From a virus (lineage: Duplodnaviria; Caudoviricetes), in the IMG/VR virus record IMGVR_UViG_3300005764_001402, positions 1 to 25,953 of that record: a stretch of 25,953 bases of DNA. One strand, written 5' to 3'. The notes below the pieces were generated by a model. The model was given only the letters and a program-made list of their open reading frames with translations, did not search any database and was not told the DNA's origin. Below, piece after piece: positions 16,184-24,653 of this stretch. Made by a program: the position numbers and the translations under genes. Each line of letters opens with the position of its first letter. Position 1 is the first letter of the stretch.

Positions 16184-16579
16184 ATGGGCGACACGGGTAC
16201 GTTAATTGGCGGCGAGTTATCAACACTATCCACAGCCCCTACGGTAGGAACTACGGAAGAAAAGACCGGAGAGGTAGTAACCTCTAGGCAAGGGGAAAAG
16301 GGGGAGTCTGAGGGGGGAAAGGGGGCGGCCGCGGTCGACGCCTCGTGGGCTCGCGCGCTCGCGTCGGTCGAGGCGTGCCGCCGCGGGATTTGCGCGTACA
16401 AGAATCCCGAGGCGCCCCGCGATGGGCGCGCGGCCGCCAACGGGTGCGACGGCTACCACGCGAGCCGCGGCATAGAGTCCGACGGCCGCCCCGTGGTCCG
16501 GTGGTCACTCTGCCCGCGCCATCGCGTTTGGTGGGTCGCCGAGCGCAAGCGCCGTGCCGCCCGGAGGGCGGAGCTATGA
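16184..16579 (+). CDS. Hypothetical protein with Cys/His cluster; possibly replication-associated
   Basis: GGAGG SD; low-complexity N-half over DnaA-box-like and purine-rich DNA; C-half C-x4-C...C...CPRH. Confidence 0.55.
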   Translation: MGDTGTLIGGELSTLSTAPTVGTTEEKTGEVVTSRQGEKGESEGGKGAAAVDASWARALASVEACRRGICAYKNPEAPRDGRAAANGCDGYHASRGIESDGRPVVRWSLCPRHRVWWVAERKRRAARRAEL

Positions 16580-16710
16580 CCGAGCCCGGGTACTGGCTAC
16601 CGCTCGGCGTGTTTCTCTTGCTCGTGCTCGCCGACCGACCGTGCTCGGCATGCGGGCGCTTGCTTCGCCACCGGCTCGACTGTCGCCGGCGCCCCGCCCA
16701 CCGGGTATGA
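16576..16710 (+). CDS. Small hypothetical protein (TM segment plus Cys/His motif)
   Basis: ATGA overlaps at both ends; WLPLGVFLLLVLA then CSAC...H...C. Confidence 0.55.
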   Translation: MTEPGYWLPLGVFLLLVLADRPCSACGRLLRHRLDCRRRPAHRV

Positions 16711-17267
16711 GCGCGCCGCCTTGGGTCGTCGTCATCGTGCACGGGCTACCGCGGCCCGCCGGCTCGAAGCGGGTTTTCATGGTCGGCAAGGGCGCCGAGC
16801 GCCGGCCCGTGGTGACCGACGATTGCAAGGGCGGCGGCGATTGGCGGGCGTCGGTACAGCACGCCATCGCTCGGGCGTACCGCGGCGCGCCCCTCGACGG
16901 CGCCCTAGAGCTCTCCCTACACTTCACCATGCCACGCCCGGGGGGCCATTTCGGGCGCCGTGGGCTCCTCCCGAGCTCGCCGACGTACCCGGGCCGAAAG
17001 CCCGATCTAACCAAACTCATTCGCGCGGTGGAAGACGCCGCCACCGGGCTCCTATGGCGCGACGACGCGCAAGTAGTCAGCCAAGCCGCGGCGAAGCGCT
17101 ACGGCGAGCGGCCCGGCGTGGTGATTCATTGCCGGCGCCTCGACGGTGCCGAGGAGGGTTTGAACCATGGCTGCGGTCGTATGGGCGAAAGAGGGGCGGA
17201 GCATACAGCTAGCGACCCGAGTGACGCGCGAGCTCCACAAGCGAATAAAGCTCGCCGCGTTCGATAG
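16707..17267 (+). CDS. rusA: RusA-family Holliday junction resolvase
   Basis: GLPRPAGSK, KPDLTKLIRAVEDA...WRDDAQVV...KRYG. Confidence 0.92.
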   Translation: MSAPPWVVVIVHGLPRPAGSKRVFMVGKGAERRPVVTDDCKGGGDWRASVQHAIARAYRGAPLDGALELSLHFTMPRPGGHFGRRGLLPSSPTYPGRKPDLTKLIRAVEDAATGLLWRDDAQVVSQAAAKRYGERPGVVIHCRRLDGAEEGLNHGCGRMGERGAEHTASDPSDARAPQANKARRVR

Positions 17268-17358
17268 CGAGCAAACGCTGTCCGATTGGGTAACCGAGGC
17301 ACTCGCCGCCCACTTGGAGCGCGTCCGGCAAAAGGCGCCGGCGGCCGCCTCGGAATAG
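17167..17358 (+). CDS. Ribbon-helix-helix DNA-binding protein
   Basis: GAGGAGG SD; IQLATRVTRELHKRIKLAAFDSEQTLSDWVTEAL. Confidence 0.8.
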   Translation: MAAVVWAKEGRSIQLATRVTRELHKRIKLAAFDSEQTLSDWVTEALAAHLERVRQKAPAAASE

Positions 17359-17368
17359 GCGACGAAAG

Positions 17369-17460
17369 GCGTAGCAACGGCAATTCTAGCCACGGGGGGT
17401 CGGCGGGAATGGCGCGGGGCGGGTCGGCGAGGAAAGGCACCTTAAAAGCCGTTGCTACGC
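17369..17460. repeat. 13-bp perfect inverted repeat
   Basis: GCGTAGCAACGGC (17369-17381) and GCCGTTGCTACGC (17448-17460). Confidence 0.8.
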
Positions 17461-17603
17461 TTCCGGGCCGGTGCGCCCGGTGCGGTGCCGAGCTCGTCGG
17501 GCGGCGGCGTGACGCACGCTATTGCTCGGGGCGCTGCCGCATGGGCGCATGGGATAAGGCGCACCCTCGCATGGTCGCATGGGATCGGAGCCGGGCGCCC
17601 TAG
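17409..17603 (+). CDS. Small Zn-finger protein
   Basis: CARCG...DARYCSGRCR; start uncertain. Confidence 0.65.
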   Translation: MARGGSARKGTLKAVATLPGRCARCGAELVGRRRDARYCSGRCRMGAWDKAHPRMVAWDRSRAP

Positions 17604-17648
17604 CCCTTGCGCGACACATGCCCGGGCACGTATCGTCTAGGAGGGTAA

Positions 17649-17933
17649 ATGGCGACCCGCAAGGAAAACGGCAAGGTAACGGAAACCGTCAAGCGCCTGC
17701 TCAAGCTCGAAGATAGAGCCGGGGCGCTCTACGAGCGCGTCGTTGGCGTCGAGAATGCGACCCAGGCGCTCCGCGTCGAGGTGCACGGGCTCCGCGACGA
17801 CCTAAACCAAGGCGTCGGCCGACTGCTTACCGGGCTCGAACGCCTCGAAGCGGCGATTGACCGAGTGGCGCAAATCCGCCCCCGGCTCGACGCCCTCGAA
17901 GTACGGGTTGACCGTTTGGAGCGCCCCGCATGA
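17649..17933 (+). CDS. Coiled-coil hypothetical protein
   Basis: AGGAGG SD; possible promoter TTGCGC-18-TATCGT (17607-17636); heptad pattern. Confidence 0.75.
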   Translation: MATRKENGKVTETVKRLLKLEDRAGALYERVVGVENATQALRVEVHGLRDDLNQGVGRLLTGLERLEAAIDRVAQIRPRLDALEVRVDRLERPA

Positions 17934-18136
17934 TTGTGCTCTTTGTGGGTCTTCCTATCGCCGGGCTCTTTTGCTGGCTCGTGTTTGACGTGCTCCTAGA
18001 GCCATTCCTAAGCCGGACCCGATGGCAGCCGAATCGCGGCGCTAGAACGTCGGCAAGCCCGCTTGTCGCGCCCGCTCCGCCACCGATTGCGCCGCAAGGT
18101 CCGCCGCCGCCGGCCCCGCTATCCCGCCAACCCTAG
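17930..18136 (+). CDS. Small membrane protein
   Basis: ATGA overlap; N-terminal TM helix and Pro-rich tail; overlaps the convergent gene by 95 nt. Confidence 0.55.
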   Translation: MIVLFVGLPIAGLFCWLVFDVLLEPFLSRTRWQPNRGARTSASPLVAPAPPPIAPQGPPPPAPLSRQP

Positions 18137-19376
18137 AAATCCCGGCGCCGAAACGCGCCGCGCCCGGGCTAACCAGCATGCTACGGGCGGCGAATGGGGC
18201 GCTTAGGTCGGCCGCCGTACGGATACCCGTTGCCGTCGGCACGCCAAGGGCCGGAACGCCGACGTAGCGCGCCCCGTAATGCGCCCCGGCACTCATACCC
18301 CCGCCGGCGGTCGCGCCTTCGATAAGGTCGCGGAGCTCGCCGGGGGCACCGCTCCACGCGGTTTGTAACATGCGCTCATAAGCCCCTTTTTGCGAGCCAA
18401 AGAGGGCCGTTTGCGTTTCCTCGCCGAGCGCGTCGTACGCCGCCCGCATGTAGGTTACCGGGTCGCCCGCGTTGACGGCACGTTGCCGCATGGTGGCAAC
18501 CCACGCGGCGGCAAGCGCGGGGCGCTCCTCGACGGTCGCTTGCTTCGCTAGCGCCTGAATACCCGTTTGTAGCGCCTCGGGGCTTTGCGAGGCGAGGTCG
18601 ATTGCGTGAACGCCGGTAACACGGAGCGGCGGCGGGGGGAGCGACGCCGCGGGCGCGGCAACGCTCGTGCCCTCCGCGGTAAGCGTCGGCCCGAGCTCCT
18701 CGGCCGAGGTCAAAACGCGCCCGAGTTTACCCGAAACGACCCGCGCCGCGGGGCCGAGCACGTACTTAGTAACCGGCCCCATTGCAATATCTGTTAGCCC
18801 GCTCACGGCGCCTTGCTCGGCGATATTCCGGGGCGATATCTCCTCGCCGGCTAGCTTTTCGCGGATTGCTTCGCCCCCGCCGCCCCCGCCCGCCGCAAGG
18901 GCTCCCGACGCGAGCCACATAGGAAGGCCGATTTCCGGTTGGGCGATTGCAAGCGCTAACGGCCCGACGGTCGCTAGGGCCGGCGGTATCAGGTTGAGCC
19001 ACGGCGAGCTCCCGGGGCTAGCCGTAGCCGAGGGCGTCGAGCTCGCGTCGGCGGCCGCCGTGTAAGACGCCGGCGCCGCGCCCGAGGTCGGAGCTACCGC
19101 CGACGGCAATAGCGGCGCTTCCGGTTGCGCTTGTGGCGCGGGATTGGCGACGGTCTGAACGCCCGCCATTCGCGCCGGGTCAACGAAATTTTGGAATGTG
19201 TAGCCGGCGCGTTGCTCCGCCGCTACGGCGGCGTCGTGGTCAAGTAGCGTCGGCGAAACAATTTCCCGAATCGTCGTCGAGCCATCCGGGGCGGTCGATT
19301 GCAAATATTGGCGGTAAAAATTCTGCTCTTGCGGTGGCGCGTCCGGTTGCGCTTGCGGTTGCGATTCATCGGCCAT
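18042..19376 (-). CDS. Putative internal virion / DNA-ejection protein
   Basis: Ala/Gly-rich helical protein with hydrophobic segments; last gene of the virion operon. Confidence 0.6.
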   Translation of the reverse strand: MADESQPQAQPDAPPQEQNFYRQYLQSTAPDGSTTIREIVSPTLLDHDAAVAAEQRAGYTFQNFVDPARMAGVQTVANPAPQAQPEAPLLPSAVAPTSGAAPASYTAAADASSTPSATASPGSSPWLNLIPPALATVGPLALAIAQPEIGLPMWLASGALAAGGGGGGEAIREKLAGEEISPRNIAEQGAVSGLTDIAMGPVTKYVLGPAARVVSGKLGRVLTSAEELGPTLTAEGTSVAAPAASLPPPPLRVTGVHAIDLASQSPEALQTGIQALAKQATVEERPALAAAWVATMRQRAVNAGDPVTYMRAAYDALGEETQTALFGSQKGAYERMLQTAWSGAPGELRDLIEGATAGGGMSAGAHYGARYVGVPALGVPTATGIRTAADLSAPFAARSMLVSPGAARFGAGISRVGGIAGPAAADLAAQSVAERARQAGLPTF

Positions 19377-19379
19377 GCG

Positions 19380-21560
19380 TTAGCGCGGTTGCGACGGTTG
19401 CACGGTACGGCGCACGTCGACCGGATAGAGCGTTGTTGTTGTCGGCCGCGGGGTCGTCGTCGTGGTTGTCGTTTCGGTCGGTATGACTGCGCCCGTTCGC
19501 TCATCCCACGGGTACGCGCCAAAATGCACGGGCGACGGCCCCGAAAGGTATTGGTCGGTGACCTTTTGCAGTTTGGCGGGCGTAAGGTCGGCGGGGTGCA
19601 TACTCTCAAATACGCCCGGCGCCGCCATCATTTTGTCGATCATATTTACCGAGCCGCGGAGCCGGCTTTCATAGTCGGCCGCCGTGCGTTCAGTACCCGT
19701 CGGGAAATTCGCAACGGCGCGCTCCGGTATGCCCGCCGCTATCGCGGCGTCGCGGATTTGTGCGTTCATTTGCAGGAACGTTTGATATGCCGGGTCACTC
19801 GCACCAAAAAATTCCTTGAGCCACGGCGTTACATAACCAAGATACTGCGCGCGTTGCTCGGGCGAGTATGTATTGAGCAAATCGTTTATAACGCCACGGA
19901 CGACGGCTTTACCCGCCAAATCTTTTGATTCGGGAATTTTCCCGTACTGTAATTCGATATCCTTTTGCATGAGCTCCCGGCGTCGCTCGAAATCGAGCCC
20001 CGCGGGGGTTGTTTCCTCGTAACTAACCGTGCCGCCCTCTTGTCCTGGCAACGGGCGGGTTTCAGTGACCCGTTGCGTGCCCGCCGGCATGCCGCCCGGG
20101 TACGCGGGCGTAAGCGCTCGCTCGGCTTGCCCCGGGGTTTCTTGCTGCCACGGTACGGCGGCGGCGGGCGCGGGCGGTACGGGCGGGGGTGGCGCGGCGC
20201 GCTCCTCGGCGGGCGCCGGGGGCGCCCCACTCGCAACGCCGGAGAGCTCGGCGCCGGGTACGACTTGGTACGGTGGCGACGGCTCCGCCCGAGCCACCAT
20301 AACGGGCGCCGGCGCCGGCCTCGCTTGCCCCGGGAATTGAAAGAGCGGCGGAGCTCCGGCGGCAAGCATGGGCGGTGCAACAACCGGGGCCGCTTCCGAC
20401 CGTGGGGCGACACGGGCGGGCGGAGCCGGCGGTACCCTCTCAAACGTGCCGTCTGGTTTGAGCCGCAAGACCTCATGCGGCGGCGGCGGGGGCGGTTGTG
20501 GCGCGGGCGCCGCGGGGGCCGGCGCCGGCGGCGGAGCGCCTTGGCTCGGCGGTGCCCCGGTATCCGGTGGCGGTGGCGACGGCGGTGGCGGTGGCGGTGG
20601 AGCCGGGCGCGCGGGCGGTGGTGGTGGAGCCGGGCGCGCGGGCGGTGGCGGAGCCGTACGAGCGGGCTCCGGCGGCGCGGGCTCCGGCGTCGGGGGCGTC
20701 GGCTTCGCTGGTTGCACCGCGGGGCGTTGCTCTAGCGGCGTTACTCCCGTGGGTTGCTTTTTGATATTCAGATACGAGGGAACGCCGTTAATCGTGCGGC
20801 CGCTCGGTACGGTTTGCTCGCCGGGTTGCAAGGCGGCCGCCGCTTGCGCCGGGTCGGTGTACTCGTGCTCCGCGGGTTGCTGCGGGTCGACAACCTGAAA
20901 GCCACCGGTCGGGCTCGGTACGACAACCTTACCGGTTTTGCGCGCGTAATCTTCCGCGGCCGCTTGGCTCAAATAGTTGCCTGCGATGTAGGGCGACCCT
21001 ACGGTAATTGCTCCGCCCGGGAGTTTGTACTGTACTTGCGACCCTGCCCCCGCCTGCGCCACCATGCCGCGACCCGCGCCGATCGCTTGCGTAATCTCAT
21101 CGTTAGTGAGGGGCACGCCGATAGCGAGCTTCGATTGCGTGCGAATCGCCGGGTCATTGCTTGTAAGGCCAATCATGGTCGAGCGGTCTTGCTCGGCTTT
21201 CACCTGCGTAGCGTAATCGAGCGGTGCGACGTCGGGATATGAACGGCCGCCCGCCGGCAAGTAGCGCACGTCTTGCGGTGCCGCGACGCCGGCAACGGCC
21301 GGCGTCCCGTCCCCTGGCTGCGCCACCGCCGGGGCGCCGCTCGGCGGAGCCCCGCCCATTCCGACGAGATATGTTCCCGCCGTAAACGGCGAGTCGATAA
21401 GTGTCGCCCGGCTCGCGGGGTCGGAAAGCGCCCGAGCGCGGGCGTTCATGTAGTTAATCAACCCGCCGCCGCGGAGTGAGGCGAGCATACCGATAGTTCC
21501 GAGCGCTCGCCCGGCGATGTTTTCCACGCCCCCGAGAATCCCGCCGCCCGGAGAATCCAT
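19380..21560 (-). CDS. Putative DNA-ejection protein with long Pro-rich linker
   Basis: 726 aa; Gly-rich amphipathic N-terminus, Pro/Ala-rich centre, helical C-terminus; operon position. Confidence 0.6.
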   Translation of the reverse strand: MDSPGGGILGGVENIAGRALGTIGMLASLRGGGLINYMNARARALSDPASRATLIDSPFTAGTYLVGMGGAPPSGAPAVAQPGDGTPAVAGVAAPQDVRYLPAGGRSYPDVAPLDYATQVKAEQDRSTMIGLTSNDPAIRTQSKLAIGVPLTNDEITQAIGAGRGMVAQAGAGSQVQYKLPGGAITVGSPYIAGNYLSQAAAEDYARKTGKVVVPSPTGGFQVVDPQQPAEHEYTDPAQAAAALQPGEQTVPSGRTINGVPSYLNIKKQPTGVTPLEQRPAVQPAKPTPPTPEPAPPEPARTAPPPPARPAPPPPPARPAPPPPPPPSPPPPDTGAPPSQGAPPPAPAPAAPAPQPPPPPPHEVLRLKPDGTFERVPPAPPARVAPRSEAAPVVAPPMLAAGAPPLFQFPGQARPAPAPVMVARAEPSPPYQVVPGAELSGVASGAPPAPAEERAAPPPPVPPAPAAAVPWQQETPGQAERALTPAYPGGMPAGTQRVTETRPLPGQEGGTVSYEETTPAGLDFERRRELMQKDIELQYGKIPESKDLAGKAVVRGVINDLLNTYSPEQRAQYLGYVTPWLKEFFGASDPAYQTFLQMNAQIRDAAIAAGIPERAVANFPTGTERTAADYESRLRGSVNMIDKMMAAPGVFESMHPADLTPAKLQKVTDQYLSGPSPVHFGAYPWDERTGAVIPTETTTTTTTPRPTTTTLYPVDVRRTVQPSQPR

Positions 21561-22114
21561 TAAAGCCCCGCGAATATCTGACCAATCAATTTCATGATCG
21601 GCCCCGTGTCGGCGTGTACCACGGGCGCCGGCGGCGTGACCTTCGTTGCCGGCCCCGTCGGCGACTGTGCGAGGTTGACGATTTGCCGAGCCGCCGCCCC
21701 GGGCGAATTGCCGGCGCCGCGGATTTGGTCGAGCGCGTTAAAGAATTGCCCGAGCCCCGTTCCGATCTGCGTCGAGGCGCTCGGGTCGGCGAGCTTCTGC
21801 GCGGTGCCCTCGATACCCTGCATGAGCCCGCCGAAAAATCCGGGGCCGGTAAAGGTAGAGCTCGGCCCCGCAAGCTCGACGCCCTCGGGCACCGCTTGCC
21901 CGAGGCTTGCCAAGTAACCCGCCTCGCTCGGAGCGCCACCGCCGAGAAGCCCGCCAATCCCTTCCGCGATGTTACTTAGCCCACTTGCTGCGCCGAGGTT
22001 TCCGAGCGCGCCCTCGACGGCACCGCCCGCGCTCGCAAGCCCGCTTCCTATGGCGGAGCCGGCGGTACCCGCCGCCTCGCCAATCGCCGAAAGGGCCGGA
22101 AGTACAAAGGCCAT
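21560..22114 (-). CDS. Putative ejection/pilot protein
   Basis: Gly/Ala-rich hydrophobic N-terminus; GGAG SD; TAATG coupling. Confidence 0.6.
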   Translation of the reverse strand: MAFVLPALSAIGEAAGTAGSAIGSGLASAGGAVEGALGNLGAASGLSNIAEGIGGLLGGGAPSEAGYLASLGQAVPEGVELAGPSSTFTGPGFFGGLMQGIEGTAQKLADPSASTQIGTGLGQFFNALDQIRGAGNSPGAAARQIVNLAQSPTGPATKVTPPAPVVHADTGPIMKLIGQIFAGL

Positions 22115-22129
22115 TGCCCCGCCCTCCCT

Positions 22130-23455
22130 CTAGAGAATGTTCATACCCTTACCGCTCGACGTGGTAATCGGCGCCGTCGCTTGCGTGAGAGCCAAGCCCG
22201 GTTGCACGCCACCGGTCAGGATATTGAGTAACTGCCCCGTTGCCTGCATAGGGAGCCCGTATTGCTGCATAAGCGTTTGACCTAACTGTTGCACGGCGTT
22301 CGCCTGCATACCCGCTAGCTGCGGCCCCATCATTGCCATTTGCCCGCCTTGCTGCGCGGCGCTTTGAATCCCTTGCGCGCCTTGCTGCAACCCTTGCAGA
22401 TACGGGAGCATGGATTGCCCGAGCGCCGCTTGCCCCTGTGCCGCTTGCTGCACACCTTGGGCGGCGCCCTCAAGCCCGGTAATCCCTTGCTGCGTAATGT
22501 TGCCGACATTGCCCGCGGCTTGGTTGACGCCGCTTATCGCGCCTTGCTGTAGGTTGCCGAGATTCGACGTCGCGCCGGTCAAACCCTGCAAGCTCGCTTG
22601 GCGTTGCGCCGCTTGGTCGGCGGCGAACTGATAGGCGAGGTTACGTTGCGCGTCGGTCATGGCTTGCGCGCCGGCGCCGCCCGCTTCAAGCCCTCGGGCG
22701 GCAAGCCCCGGCTGTACCTGTTGCATAACCCGACGCGCCGCCGCTTGGTAGAGGTCTTCACCTTGTATCGGCGACGCCGCTTGCTGCGCGTAGCGTTGCG
22801 CTAGGTCGACAGCGCTTTGTGCGCCCGTTTGTGCCGACCCGCCGCGGAGGAGCTCTTGCGCTCGCGTAAGCGCGTCTTGTGCACCCGTCAATGCCGGCCC
22901 CTGCGCCGCGCCTCGGGCAAGGTCGAGCGCCGATTGCGCGCCCGCCGTCCCTTGCGCCGCCGTTTGCTGCAAGCCCGGCAACATTGCCTGATATTGGCTG
23001 TAAAGATCTTGCGCGCCGGTTAACCCTTGCCGGGCGGCCCCGAGCCCCTCCCGGGTCGCTTGCATCCATTCGGGCATCATTTGCTCGGCCCCGGTAATGG
23101 ACGTTTGCAAGGCGTTGACGGCTTGCTCGCCTTGGCCCGCGACACGCCGGCCAATATCCGTTGCGCCGCCAATCACGCCGGGGGCGTATTGCTGTATCTG
23201 ACGAATCGCCGACGCGAGCGGCCCTTGTGCGCGGCCGCTCGTGATATCGGATTGCAACCGTTGCGCCCGACGCCCGACGCCTAGCCCGAGCCCCTGCAAG
23301 AGCGGTTGCACCGCTTGGCGCGACACGGCGCCCGCGGTACGCATCGGAAGCGCGCCAAAGGGCGACGTAACGGATTGGCTTTGCTGATTCTTGCCGTAAA
23401 AGCGTACGCGCTCGGGGGCGGCGTGGCGGTGGTAACGTCGGCTATCCTCGGTCAT
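22130..23455 (-). CDS. Putative ejection/pilot protein, Gln/Ala/Gly-rich coiled coil
   Basis: Long QAG-rich helices and LAARGLEAGGAG motif; follows the GNAT genes as in podovirus-type operons. Confidence 0.65.
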   Translation of the reverse strand: MTEDSRRYHRHAAPERVRFYGKNQQSQSVTSPFGALPMRTAGAVSRQAVQPLLQGLGLGVGRRAQRLQSDITSGRAQGPLASAIRQIQQYAPGVIGGATDIGRRVAGQGEQAVNALQTSITGAEQMMPEWMQATREGLGAARQGLTGAQDLYSQYQAMLPGLQQTAAQGTAGAQSALDLARGAAQGPALTGAQDALTRAQELLRGGSAQTGAQSAVDLAQRYAQQAASPIQGEDLYQAAARRVMQQVQPGLAARGLEAGGAGAQAMTDAQRNLAYQFAADQAAQRQASLQGLTGATSNLGNLQQGAISGVNQAAGNVGNITQQGITGLEGAAQGVQQAAQGQAALGQSMLPYLQGLQQGAQGIQSAAQQGGQMAMMGPQLAGMQANAVQQLGQTLMQQYGLPMQATGQLLNILTGGVQPGLALTQATAPITTSSGKGMNIL

Positions 23456-23979
23456 GCGGCCCCCTTTCTCCCGAGCGTGTCGGCGTTACGCCCCTCGACG
23501 TCGAGGGCGAGGGCGTCGACGCCACGCATGACACTAAGCGCGGTCGTCGCCCAACCGCGCGAGCTCCATTGCGTGTCGCCGGGCACGGTGCGGCCCTCGA
23601 CGACGCCGATACCGTGGCGCCGACAGTACGGGAGCAACCCGTCGCGGAATAGTGCGCGGCCGACGCCGGTTTGCCTATGCTCGGGAACAACGTAAATCCA
23701 TTCGACGAAAAACGAGCTCGCCGGCTCGCCGACCGGCCGCGACCAAACCTCGCCCGCCAAAAACCCCCTCACGTCGCGGTCGGCGGCGAGCCAAACCTTA
23801 CACGCCGGGTCTATGTCGAGGCGCCGGCGCCAATCTTCGGCGTAATGCGCGGCCGCCGTATTGGGGTCGAGCCGGGGGTAAGCGTCGGGGTAGTGGGTTT
23901 GGTGCTCGACCATGAGCGCTTGAAGCATGGTGCCGAGCGCTCGGGCGTCGTTGGCGGTCGCCGGGCGCACTAGCCTCAT
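23452..23979 (-). CDS. GNAT-family acetyltransferase
   Basis: ATG at 23979 (ATGA overlap); VRPATAND...WIYVVPEHRQTGVGRALF (motif A). Confidence 0.88.
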   Translation of the reverse strand: MRLVRPATANDARALGTMLQALMVEHQTHYPDAYPRLDPNTAAAHYAEDWRRRLDIDPACKVWLAADRDVRGFLAGEVWSRPVGEPASSFFVEWIYVVPEHRQTGVGRALFRDGLLPYCRRHGIGVVEGRTVPGDTQWSSRGWATTALSVMRGVDALALDVEGRNADTLGRKGAA

Positions 23980-24653
23980 GGCTCCGCCTTCGGGGCCGCC
24001 GGAGCTCGCCGGCGGCGTACCTTTCGACGCCGGCGGCGGCGTACGACCGGGCGCGCCGCGGCGCCGTTGCCATTCGCGGCGGCAAGCGGCGGCGTAATCT
24101 CGGGCTCGGGCACGTCGAGCGCGGGCGCCGGCTCCATGGCGGGCGCCTCGGGCACTAGGGGCCGCTCGGCGGCCGCCACCGCGATGCTCGATACGGGCAT
24201 GACGTAGTGCACGAGGTAGGGCGCCCAACCGCGCTTTAGCCATTGGTCGTCGCCCGTGAGGGCGCCAAGCTCGACGTGTGTTATCCCGGCGGCGGCGAGG
24301 TCGCCGCATGCCAATCGGACAAGGGCGCGGGCGACGCCGAGCCCTCGCGCCACCGGCGCCACATAGAGCCAATGGGCGGCGCCATAGCGGGTCGGGTACC
24401 CTAAGAGGCGCTCGGAAATCTCGCCGCCCAAGAATCCAAGCAGCGCGTGGGTACCCTCCTCGCACGCGACGTAAAGCAAAAGGCGCGGGTCGACCCCGAC
24501 GCGGCCCGCAAGGTGCACCGTGAAATCCTCGACGGTTTGCGGGTCATGGCGCGGGTATTCGACAACCCGGAATTGTTCGAGCTCGGCGACAAGATGCGCG
24601 AATGCGACATGGAGCGCCGGCAAGTCTTGGAAAATGGCGCGACGTACGATCAT
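23976..24653 (-). CDS. GNAT-family acetyltransferase with basic C-terminal tail
   Basis: VRRAIFQD...WLYVAPVARGLGVARALV; tail RRRRRRKVRRRR. Confidence 0.88.
   Translation of the reverse strand: MIVRRAIFQDLPALHVAFAHLVAELEQFRVVEYPRHDPQTVEDFTVHLAGRVGVDPRLLLYVACEEGTHALLGFLGGEISERLLGYPTRYGAAHWLYVAPVARGLGVARALVRLACGDLAAAGITHVELGALTGDDQWLKRGWAPYLVHYVMPVSSIAVAAAERPLVPEAPAMEPAPALDVPEPEITPPLAAANGNGAAARPVVRRRRRRKVRRRRAPAAPKAEP

Noticed and set aside
23980-24465. N-terminal extension of the 337-aa ORF
   Set aside because: It is an Arg-rich off-frame overlap of the upstream GNAT; the real start is 23979.
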